A stretch of DNA of 63,846 nucleotides, filler included, from Kipferlia bialata (Eukaryota), in the NCBI GenBank assembly GCA_003568945.1. It is 5 parts of 5 records of this genome, joined end to end, with 100 filler letters (N's around TTAATTAATTAA, not from the genome) between each part and the next. Parts side by side here need not be neighbours in the genome. Positions count along the whole stretch, not along the records: positions 1 to 18,025 come from BDIP01000495.1; positions 18,126 to 36,140 come from BDIP01000496.1; positions 36,241 to 47,361 come from BDIP01000497.1; 2 more parts are not named here. One strand, given 5' to 3'. A program made the translations under genes and the position numbers. The notes beneath the pieces were generated by a model that was not told the origin of the DNA, made no database searches, and saw nothing but the letters and a program-made list of their open reading frames with translations. Positions 12,101 to 39,887 of the stretch are shown piece by piece (position 1 is the stretch's first letter; every line of letters begins with the position of its first letter).

Positions 12101-15100
12101 GACGGCTCGTCTAAGACGAGTATTGATAATACCTGGCAGTGGTCGAACAGGTCACTAGAGAGCGACGTAGCCAGCCTCTGCGGGGTCTGGGGCTGGTGTT
12201 CACTGAATATGCTCGATCGTTGGCTCACTATAGCAGCGATCAGGGCAGCCAGTGGACCCTCCCCTTCCTTGGTAGCAAGGTATACAAAGTGGGAGAGAGG
12301 GGCATCAAGAGGGGTGTCTAACACCAGTCGTCCTGTGGGTGTCACCTTCCCATCACTGATGCAACCGTGTAGCTTCAGAGACTCAGTGGTGTTGGCCAGA
12401 CGGTCTTGTGTCACTGTCTTTGACAGACAGGCAATGTCCTGCGTCTCTATGCCCAGCTGGGTCAGATGCAGAACGCTGTCGTCAAGGCTGAGGTCGGTGT
12501 CTGCCATTGATTTCTCTCTTGGAGCGCATTGGGAGGATGAGCATAGTCTCAGGCTGTGTCCATCAGCCGACCTATCAAGCATGCCACCTCTCTCAGACTC
12601 CTCCACTGAGGCAGTGGTCTCACTACCAGCTGTCGTAGTGGGAGTAGTGCCAGTGTCAGACCCTCCACACCGGATGACATCCTCTGCTACAGACCCCTCT
12701 CGCTTAGGTAGAGTGAATGCCCTGAAGAGGGTTGGGAGCTCAACCACCCTGGCCATGTACTCCAGTATGGATGTAGGAGGGTTAAGGCTGCAGAGTACTA
12801 CCACGTAGACATCAGGGCGCTTCACCAGTAGAGAGCGTGCCAGTGTCAAGACCATATGCGCAGATACAGAGAGACTGGACACCTCTATCACCAGTGCACT
12901 GTACTGCGAGAGGGTAGGGTCGGACTTGCACTGGTCCAGGAAGGCTACGGGGGAGAGAGTACTGGAAGTACTGTCACGCAGTGGCATGCCACGTGCTGCG
13001 GTCTCAGAGGAATGTACATGCGCCACCCCCTTGGGGAAGGAAGTGTCCTCCATGGCAAGCGACACAAGACTGCAGTCGGAGACTGGAGTGAGAGGGTGGA
13101 GTCGTATTCAGTCAGGAAACAGATAGGAGTGTCATATGGGTCAGATGGGGATAGATACTGGTTCAAGTAGACTGTGACACACCTGCGTCCACTGCCACCA
13201 CCACAGCCCTCTCTCCCTGTAAGTACGTGACGAGTGATTCTGCAGAGGCCAACTCCTGACTGGGTCCTAGGGTACTAACTGGGGCAGGCTTGGGTGTGGA
13301 AGGACTCCCTGGGATGAGGGAGAGTGTATAATAGACATATCAGTTCCTTTACGCATGTAGTCACAGTATGCGATACCTTTGGGTACAACTGGTGTCGTCT
13401 GCCGCACTGGTGGCGCCAGTCGAGGTGTCTCCCTAACCAGTCCCTCCTGCCACTCAAGGCTGAAGGGTGTGTGGTTGGGACAGGACCCCGGGTTGATACT
13501 GGAGAACTGGTTCTTCTTGAGGTTTCGAGTGTGCACCAGGAAGCGCTGCCCATCATAGAGCACCACCCAGTTGTAGTCCCTAGAACTACCCTTGCGAGCC
13601 TTGGCCCTGATCATCTGGTTCTTGATGCGTGCACAGGCATCCACAATGTCTCCTTCCTCTCCGTCTGCACCCTTCAGTGCCAGGGGTACATCGACCCCTT
13701 CAAGGACAGTGTATGCTCCAACATATCTGTCAAAGGCGAGACCGTGCTTGGAGACAAGGTCATGGTCAGTCTCCCACTCCAGCCTGTGGAGGTATGCCTG
13801 AATCACTTGCAGAGAGACATACACGAACCCGTACTGCCCAGTCACATCAAAGACTACTGCCTGTACAAGCTCTCTGTCCTCGAACACTTCCCAGTCAGGC
13901 AGGAGGTCTGCAATGTATGACCGTACAGCCTGTTCGGCAGCAGCAGCGTCGAAGAAACGGGTGAGGGCCGTGAAGAACACTGGACGGCGGTCAGCCACGA
14001 CGGAGAATGTAGAGACCTCCCCAGTGTCCGTGTCCTGTGTCGATATCTGCCGCGCCTCCATGACTGCATGCAGGTAGTCGTCAGTCTCACTGACCCTCAG
14101 CACCTTGTAGGTGGATGAGCCTGACACACCTGGGTCAGCGACAGGGGTCACTGTGAGTCTACCCATGTCCACCTCTGGGACAGTGGCCAGAGCAGACTTG
14201 GCAGCAGCCACTAGGTCGTCACGAGCCTTCGGACCCTGGTAGAGTAGGTACACTCCCTCACTGCGGGTAGCACGTGCCTTGCGGAAGAGGTTGAAGCGGA
14301 ACGACACGAGCTCCACCCCATAGTCTAGGGGCACATACTCGTTGGCGTGCTCCAGGGAGAACTCCCGCCTGTGCAGTAGGTGGTAGTCGTGAGGGGACAC
14401 AGAAGTGATCATGAGCCGGCGTGATGGCTGCACCACTATGTCGAGAGTCTCTAGCTCGGGGAGGTCAGCCTTGACAGTGGCCTCTAGGGCGCCGGCCAGG
14501 TCCTCTATGTAGTTGACGAAGCGGATCCCATTGAGCACCTGCCGTCCATCCAGGCTGATGGTGACCTCGATCTTGAGGGTCACAACGCACTCACCCCCTT
14601 GCATACGCAGGTTCCTGGGGGTAGGAAGGGGGTAGGTAATACACAAAGTATCCATATGTAGGCAAATACAAATATTCAGACATATACATGAAGATTCAGG
14701 GAGAACTAATCCACCCATCTGTATACATGCATATACATATATATGCATGTTGATCCTGTCCATACCTGGTGACGTCCCTGCTCAGGTTCAGCTCCTCGAC
14801 ATCAGGGGGCACATCCACCTCTGCCACCCCCTCATCCTTGTGGGTGTATGGGCACTGGGGATCGAGGCACCGCCTCTTCCGGCATGTACCAGGGCTGAAT
14901 ATCCTGCCATGCAGTACGGGGGGCAGCACTAGCCTGGTGCTGGAGCCCCTGAAGCTCTTGGCAGGTGTCCTCCTGGAGGTGTTGCCACCCCTGACCTTGC
15001 GTGTAGGGGTAGGGGTAGGGGTAGGGGTAGGGGTAGGGGTAGGGGTAGGGGTGGACGCATCTCTCGTATCGCCAGGATGGGCTGTCTTCTTCGGAGTGGA

Positions 15101-15341
15101 TGCATGACCACCTCCCTCGTTAGTGATAGGGTTCCAGCCCGGGGGATGGATGAAGGGGCACTTGGGCCTTGTGCACCCCAGGCCGGCCTTGCACTCACAC
15201 TGAGTAATGTGCTGGATTGTGATGGTGTTGTTGCAGAATCCAGTCTCAGTCTCCACCGGGAGGTCGGGCCTGCTCAGCCACTGTCCATCTACTACGTACT
15301 TGTACAGGTGGGTGCCGGGTGGGAGAGAGACATAGATGGTC
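6105..15341 (-). CDS. Predicted single multi-exon gene: CBM48 (C-terminal half), CCCH zinc finger, degenerate DEAH/HA2 helicase region, RING-IBR, Ser/Thr protein kinase
   Basis: Manual splicing at GT...(CTNAC-N3/4-YAG-type) introns keeps one frame across ORFs 14696-15256, 13267-14763, 12064-13065, 9117-12059, 8800-9051 and the kinase exons, ending at TAA at 6105. Confidence 0.65.
6630..8566 (-). CDS. Ser/Thr protein kinase domain (multi-exon)
   Basis: LGKGSYGMV, KFAVKVI, HRDLKGANIM, IIDLGLCK, GTPTVRAPE, ADVYACGVLFYE, ERPTAASAL. Confidence 0.92.
9330..9730 (-). CDS. RING1-IBR zinc-binding region (RBR E3-ligase-like; no RING2 seen)
   Basis: CVYC..CGHPFCKGC..CAKC, then CVVPDC..CDSCHHSVCVQC..HEGIGCEEY. 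Confidence 0.8.
12036..12500 (-). CDS. DEAH-helicase HA2/OB-like region, degenerate
   Basis: SLKLHGCISDGKVTPTGRLVLDTPLDAPLSHFV...SDLFDHCQ/AYREW resembles the DEAH HA2 pattern. No intact Walker A or DEAH motif was found upstream. Confidence 0.55.
15007..15052. repeat. (GGGGTA)n hexamer repeat encoding a Pro-Thr linker on the minus strand
   Basis: TPTPTPTPTPTPTPT in ORF 14696-15256. Confidence 0.9.
15210..15341 (-). CDS. CBM48 / AMPK-beta-type glycogen-binding domain, C-terminal half
   Basis: TIYVSLPPGTHLYKYVVDGQWLSRPDLPVETETGFCNNTITI matches the LPPG-YKF-VDG-W...G-NN pattern. Confidence 0.8.
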
Positions 15342-15431
15342 CTGAGGGTGAGAGAGGGGGCTTGTCTAATAACAAGAATAGTGGAGAGAGAAACAGAGAG
15401 AGAGAGAGAATAGAGGGGTGGATCTGAGGCA

Positions 15432-15466
<35 letters not shown>

Positions 15467-15545
15467 GAAAGAGGGGGGGGGGGGGGGGGGGATAATACAC
15501 AGACTATCATTGTAGACTTATCATGATACTGCAGTCGTTATATAC

Positions 15546-16107
15546 CTATCCAGTTCCTCCTGCCTCTGTCTGTATGACATGGGTGCAGATGGGGGTAGGG
15601 GGTGGGCAGTGATGGGCCTGGCACGGCGGAGGTAGGTGTCAGTCACTTGCCTAGTATGTTAGACAATATCCATAAGACATATATACGTCATATATTCATA
15701 GGTGTCGGTCACGTGCCTAATGGAAGAGTGGTATATGTTTATCACTTCATGAACACTGTATCTAAAACAGATATATATACCTCCCCGGCTCCTGCGTAAC
15801 AGCTGGAGTGTGTGTTATGGGTCAAATATACATATACGAGGCTGCTCATTACTCTTACTATGACATATATACTATCACACTCTGTACCTCCCCGGCTCCT
15901 GTCTGACTGCCGGTGTGTGTGTCATGGGCCTCTGACCAGACACACCCCGGGCAGTGCCAGGTCTGGAGCCTTAAGGTGAGATGTATGAATGACCCAGTAC
16001 AATATTGAGAGAGCTGGCCACTGCCAGGTGTCTAACAACAAAACGATAGAATATATACCTGCGGTTATGGGTCTGTGCTGCAGTCTGGCCTTGTCCAAAG
16101 GGTATGT

Positions 16108-16144
<37 letters not shown>

Positions 16145-17994
16145 TAAAGAGACAGGTACAAACCTGCCGTTATGGGTCTGTGCTGCAGTCTGGCCTTGGC
16201 TGTACTGGCCCTGGACCCACCCCTGGACCTGGAGGGCATGATGCCACCTAGTCCAGCACCTAGAGGTAAGGGAGAGGTATTTATATATACTGGAGAGAAA
16301 GGGGGGGGGGGGGATGTGGACCTGGAGGGCATGATGCCACCCAGACCGGCGCCTGAAGGTTAATGCATATACATACATACATACACATGGATATATATAT
16401 AGAGAGAGAAACAGAGAGAGATAGAGGGCATGATGCCACCCAGACCGGCGCCTAGAGGTCAATACGTACACATATACATACATATACTAGTAGATATGTA
16501 AGTGAGTGAGAGAGAGAATCTGGAGGGCATGATGCAAGGGAGAGATAATGACACAAACACTAAGGTATACATACTGGTTTTAACATACACTTATCAGTTA
16601 TGTCCTACCTAGCTCACTGAGTTCACTGTCACTCCCCTATATGAACTATATATATACATATACTAGGGTATGTAGTATATGTAGTATACATGTATATCCA
16701 TACCTAGCTCACTGAGCTCACTGTCACTGCCCTCGTCCTGGATGAAGTCGTCATCATCATCCATGACACCTGAGAGTGAATATGGAGAGAGAGAGAGAGT
16801 ATACGTAGTATATAGTGTGTAATACAGCATATATTATATATTACCTAATTCAGCGAGCTCTGCCTCGTACTCATCGTACAAGAGGTATATACTACACCAT
16901 ATATACATATAGGTATGTATATATATACTGAACTATACCTAGCTCAGCCAGCTCTGCCTCGTACTCATCGTACTGGGGGGACTTGGGGGTCTCCTTGGCC
17001 TAAGAGTCAGAGATATAAACTCACAATACTGTAATACAATTGAATATTATATAGAAACAAAACCGCAATGGTGTTTATGTTGTCTGCTCATCATAGACAT
17101 CCTCAGATATGTATATCATTACAATAGATATATACATACATATATGTACATATATGTATATATATGTATAGTTTACGTGTATACACACCTTTGGCATCTT
17201 TGCTGTCTGCTCATCGTATGCATCCTCATCGTCATGGGGGATGGGGGCAGTCACAGGCCTTGAGGTTAGTACATGCAAATATACACTAGCATATAGGAGG
17301 GTATACATTCGTATTGTATAGGAGTGTGAATATTACATGCATCCTCATCGTCATGGGGGATGGAGGCAGTCAGAGGCCAAGAGGTAAGTATTGGTATTTG
17401 TAAATACAGTATATATGCTCAGACACACAGATATACACAGTATACTGTGGTGATACCTATAATCGAATCCTCCTGCCACCCTCACCACCCTCCTGGGTAT
17501 CCTGTTAAATTCTTAATACATATATTCATTATAGAATATCCTACTAATAATATAATGTTTACCTGTAGTCAAACCCCCCTGCCACCCTGACCACCCTCCT
17601 GGGTATCCTGTTGTGGCTGGTCTCCACTAGGGGTCTGCCTGAAGGGTGAGACACATATACACACATATATACATGTATAGAGAGAGAGAGACAGACAGAG
17701 ATACTGGTGTGGCTGGTCTCAACTAGGGGCCTCCCTGGGTGAGAGTGGGTAAATATAGGTGTATGTGAATGTATGCATATATATATATCATGTGTGAAGA
17801 CACATAGGTTCACAAAGAGTCACTCAATTTGGAGTGTAGTAGTGACAATCACCTGCATTGCCTGGCTTCCTGTATCTAACATTTGGGGACTATATGGCAT
17901 ATATATACATATACATACACACGTATCTCTATTCTTATACTCACCTGCATTGCCTGGCTTCTTGCCCCTCTGACCCTGGGCAGCAGTATCCATC
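15546..17994 (-). CDS. Internal exons of a low-complexity protein of unknown function (recurrent RPITA/RPVTA/RPGTA motifs, acidic stretches)
   Basis: Phase-compatible short exons, e.g. GRPLVETSHNRIPRRVVRVAGGFDYR, PVTAPIPHDDEDAYDEQ, AKETPKSPQYDEYEAELAEL, KARLQHRPITAG. Confidence 0.65.
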
Positions 17995-18025
17995 CTGAGG
18001 GTAAAGAGGGTAAATATATATATAT

Positions 18026-18125
18026 NNNNNNNNNNNNNNNNNNNNNNNNNNNNNNNNNNNNNNNNNNNNTTAATTAATTAANNNNNNNNNNNNNNNNNNN
18101 NNNNNNNNNNNNNNNNNNNNNNNNN
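18026..18125. other. Artificial contig linker N44-TTAATTAATTAA-N44
   Basis: Six-frame-stop spacer, repeated identically four times in the window. Confidence 0.98.
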
Positions 18126-18230
18126 CACCTATGGGACAAGGCAAAACACTTGTCCAAAATATGAAATGCAAACAGTGTCCAGATCAAGCCCCACACACAC
18201 ATATATGTACGGATGAACCTGATCGTACAC

Positions 18231-35801
<17,571 letters not shown>

Positions 35802-36140
35802 CTGGGGGTGAGACCAACACTGAGATATATATATATATATAAGTATTGTTGGGAACTGGGAGGTATGTCTGGAACCAGAGGCACTGGGGGTGAGGTCACA
35901 CATATACTATATAGGAAGAGAGATCGACACAACGAGGAGAATACTAGAGGGTCTGTCTGGAACAAGAGGCACTGGGGGTGAGGGAGACAGAGAGACCGGG
36001 GGGGGGGGGGGGAGGAAGCAAGAGAGTACTGATGCAAGGGAGAGAGTATCATAGACACTTGGAAGAAGTCTGAGACAAGAGTAAACATTCGAAGCGAGGG
36101 AAGGGGGGGGGGGGGGGGGGGGGTCTCCCCTTTTGGGGAC

Positions 36141-36240
36141 NNNNNNNNNNNNNNNNNNNNNNNNNNNNNNNNNNNNNNNNNNNNTTAATTAATTAANNNN
36201 NNNNNNNNNNNNNNNNNNNNNNNNNNNNNNNNNNNNNNNN
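36141..36240. other. Artificial contig linker
   Basis: N44-TTAATTAATTAA-N44. Confidence 0.98.
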
Positions 36241-36289
36241 ACAAAAATATAAAAAACACCCCCCCCCCCCCCCCCCCCCCCCTCCCGAT

Positions 36290-38047
36290 CTCGGTGCCTG
36301 ACTCTATATCTCTCTATCTTCGTAGCCTGACGCGTAGGACTTCCGCAACCCTGACCCTGCCATTGTCATTGAGGACAACTTCATCGCCCTCCACTTCACT
36401 GGATACGTGTACCCCACCAAGTATGGGCAGGACTGGAATGGTGGGTGGGTTTGTACAGATTACTCCTCTCATGTGTCCATGAAATCTCTCCCCCTCCATC
36501 CGTATCTCATTCCAGGACGTGAGAGTATCATGCCCTCCCCACTCCCCAACCTAGTGACGGACGAGGACCTCCAGATGGTCATAAGCAGCACGTGCGTTCA
36601 TTTTTATCACTCGCCCTCACTCTCTTCTCGCACTTCCAGTGTTTGTCAATCTTTTCTATATCTGAAACTTCCTGTAACGTATTCTTCTTGCCCTCATTCC
36701 AGTGTGTTTGAGTCACTGTATCTCTCTGCCCTTGATCTGGATCTGTTGGAGGGAGAGATCGACTACGACAAGGTGAGAGAGACACTGCTATGTTCCTAGG
36801 AATATGATTCCAATCTACCCTCCACATATATCGACAATCAGTTTTCCACCCTCATTTCCAGGTCACCAATCCCCAGTTCCAGTCTCTTCTGAACACTGCA
36901 ACGCTAGGGTCTATATGTCCAGGTAATACCAGCAATACGGGCTCTCGGCAATACTTGTTGCGTGTTATACATATGCATCCGAATCTTCTGGTGGTCATGC
37001 ATCTCCCTCCCCTGTTTATGTATCCGAATGAATCCGTATACTTCTATGTCGGTTATACTTCTGACCCCTAGGTCTCTATGCCGCCTACCCAGATGCCCCA
37101 GTGTCCCTCTCCCTAGAGACATCCATCATGTGAGTGACTGTCTCTGTGTCTTTGTCAGGTTGATTTACCCTGCTCATAATATCCCTCTCCCTCACCCCAG
37201 GCCCACCGTCTCTGTCATGCCCAGTGCCCTATTCACCAACATCACAGGCACAGTGCACGTGTCAGTGCTGGATGCAGACACAGGTGTATATTCATATTAA
37301 GTGTCACGTTTCCTATTCATGTTCAGAGTATATAGATATAGTATATATGAAACCTTAGAGTACTCCATATTCCTCTGTCCTCACCTTCAGACGCGATGGT
37401 CGATGCCTTTAGCGTTGGATACAGTGCCGGACTGGCTGGGATCCCTCAGACACAGACACACGGTGAGGGGACTGCATGTGTATCTCTCTCTTTGTCTGTC
37501 TCTACCCCTCATCTCTACATATGTTTATTCATGTATACATATACCATCTCACACCCAGAACACACCCACAATCACTACACGAGCAATGTGACTCTGTTCT
37601 ACATGGACTACTCGCCCTACAATGTGACCGGGTGGCCTGTGGAGAGTAGCTTTGGACCAGTGGACATGGACAGTCCCATGGCCACTCAGCTGGAGGTAGG
37701 GGTAGGCTTCATACATTGTGTCTAAACGTGCTAATGCCTCTCTTCTCACCCAGATGTTTCTGAGTGCCTTTGGCGTTGCCCCCTGGCTCTCCCAGTGGAC
37801 CCTGGACCATGCACCCAACTACGGCATCAAGGGGGTGCGTCACGACACATACAGTCTCTACCTGTTTTGTATACCTCATTACATCTCATGGTGGTTCGTC
37901 GGCACTTCCGCATGATACAACCACTATGTCACTATCCTCTACGCCTTCTCTGTCTCACCCCAGGATATGTTTGACTGGCCCGCCATGTATCCTCTGCTCT
38001 TGGCCCCTGCCACTATCGTGTACAATGTGCCCATGGTGGTTCAGTGA
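36290..38047 (+). CDS. 3' part of a multi-exon gene of unknown function
   Basis: Regular GT donors and CTCAC/CTGAC-CCCAG-type acceptors. Last exons read MFLSAFGVAPWLSQWTLDHAPNYGIKG and DMFDWPAMYPLLLAPATIVYNVPMVVQ*. Confidence 0.6.
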
Positions 38048-38413
38048 AACTGAGTGGATGTGTATGTGTGCGTGTGTGTAGTGTGGTTTTATTCCTGTAT
38101 TCCTTAGCATCTGATAGTGTCAGTCATAAATTGTTCTTTAGAGATTAGTTGTTCGTCTTGTATTCTATTGCCTAAGTTACGTATCAGTCTGTCCTTACTA
38201 CAGTATTGGAAAGGTTGTCAGCTCTCCAACCCTGTCTCAATATGCACCACCATTCCTACTGTCTTCTCCTGTATGTATACATCCTGCTCTTCCCACTCTG
38301 CAGGGGGTGTCCCTGTGACAAGAACAGTGTCATGGGACAACTGGGTCTGTGGTTAGAACAATCACTACAGTTACAATTCCCTCATATACACCACACTCTA
38401 TCAAGTGGTTTCT

Positions 38414-39490
38414 CTATGTTGCGCATGCCTGACTTAACCACTCCCCGGGCACTGTGTCTACGCCAGCCAGACCGAGAGCTTCTCCTGTCGTTAGTGGAGG
38501 CGCAGCAGAGTCCACTACAGTAACAAGGTTGTTTAGAATGACCCCACCTGTGACTGTATCCACCGTTAACATACTGGGTGTGCTTAGGGCCTGGCCAGTG
38601 AGAGATGGCATAACTCCCAACCCCACAATGCATCTCCCAGCCCTAAACACTGCACACCAGTCTAGCCGGTCAGGCACTTGTGTCTCATCTCGCCACCCGT
38701 GCCTAACAGAGAACACCCTATGGTCGGAGAGGTCTGTGTCAAAGTCGTATGATGCCTTTAGGCAGTGAAGGGCACCCCTCACTACTAGACTGTGATGGGC
38801 GAAACACCTATGTCCATCCCTCCGGTATAGATGCCATTTCTTTGTGGTTAGGCTGCACTCCCATGTCTCAGCCACGTCAAACCCTGTCAGGAAGAGCCTC
38901 TCACTGACACTGAAGAGGATGGGACTGGCTGTCCTGGGTACCCCCTGCATATGGGACACCTTCCACTCCAACGGCTCAGCAGACAGGTCACACACTGACA
39001 TATACATCTGGGCTCCGTGGCCAGCATTGACATACCACAGCCTCCCTGCCAGTGGTACAACACTCCCCACTAGGTTGCACCACAGGTTATCTAATGGGTC
39101 TGGAAAGGGCATGCGTCTCTCATGGATGTGTGGTACAGTATCCACGTCTCCACCAACAAGGGTCAGTATACATGCCACCACCCGAGTAGGTCCTTCTAGG
39201 CCCGTACACAATGCCATGGCAGGAGACGCAGGGGCTGTGCACCTGACAAGCCGGCCAATATGAGCTGGAATATTGACTTGGCCAGTTGAGACCTCAACAA
39301 ACCGTCCACTATTCAGTTCTATGCATGCTGGGGTAGTCCAAATAGCCTTACTCTCAGGAGGCATTAGTGTATGTACTGCTTGTAATGCCTTTGTCTTGAC
39401 GTAGACTCTACGTCGTAGAGTACTAACTGAGACTAGGATGTGTGAATCAGTGAGGACATCGCACTCTGACGCTATCAAGCAGGCAGCCAT
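38414..39490 (-). CDS. Intronless 358-aa protein, probably a Kelch-like beta-propeller
   Basis: ATG-initiated ORF with recurring beta-strand/G/W patterns (VVPLAGRLWYV, LFSVSERLFLTG..TWECSLTTKKW, LVVRGALHC). Confidence 0.6.
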   Translation of the reverse strand: MAACLIASECDVLTDSHILVSVSTLRRRVYVKTKALQAVHTLMPPESKAIWTTPACIELNSGRFVEVSTGQVNIPAHIGRLVRCTAPASPAMALCTGLEGPTRVVACILTLVGGDVDTVPHIHERRMPFPDPLDNLWCNLVGSVVPLAGRLWYVNAGHGAQMYMSVCDLSAEPLEWKVSHMQGVPRTASPILFSVSERLFLTGFDVAETWECSLTTKKWHLYRRDGHRCFAHHSLVVRGALHCLKASYDFDTDLSDHRVFSVRHGWRDETQVPDRLDWCAVFRAGRCIVGLGVMPSLTGQALSTPSMLTVDTVTGGVILNNLVTVVDSAAPPLTTGEALGLAGVDTVPGEWLSQACAT

Positions 39491-39887
39491 CTATGTGTTT
39501 TGATAGTCGATCACCCTCTTCTGACCAAATAGGGAGGGACTGGAGGAATTCTGTTTGCAGATGGCTCTAAGTATTGAAAGACAAAGCAGAAGAATCCTTA
39601 CTAGTCCTAGTCAGTAAATCTGAAAGATTCAGTATGATTACTTAACTGTTGATCGTACCATATAGAAACTGTAATCTACCACTCGACTCACAAGAGAGGC
39701 AACGTCTACTAGACAACGTCTAGTGTTTTCAGCAACAAAGACATATGTAAATAGTGAATATGTACACTGTAAGTTGTACAATACAGTCGCTGGAACGCTT
39801 CAAGACAATCTACAAATACAAAGACTGGTATGCAGCCAGTTAAGCAGAGGCTGTCCCAATGTTGTATCTTCACTATCTGAGTGCATG

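Noticed and set aside
9256..12808. Long plus-strand ORFs antisense to the helicase/RBR exons (also 34386-35342)
   Set aside because: Shadow ORFs of GC-rich coding sequence with no motifs.
15007..15052. (GGGGTA)n as telomere-like or G-quadruplex element
   Set aside because: Lies in frame within an exon and encodes a Pro-Thr linker.
18070..18081. TTAATTAATTAA palindrome recurring four times
   Set aside because: Always centred in exactly 100 nt of N padding; a synthetic six-frame-stop linker. Genes on either side are not neighbours.
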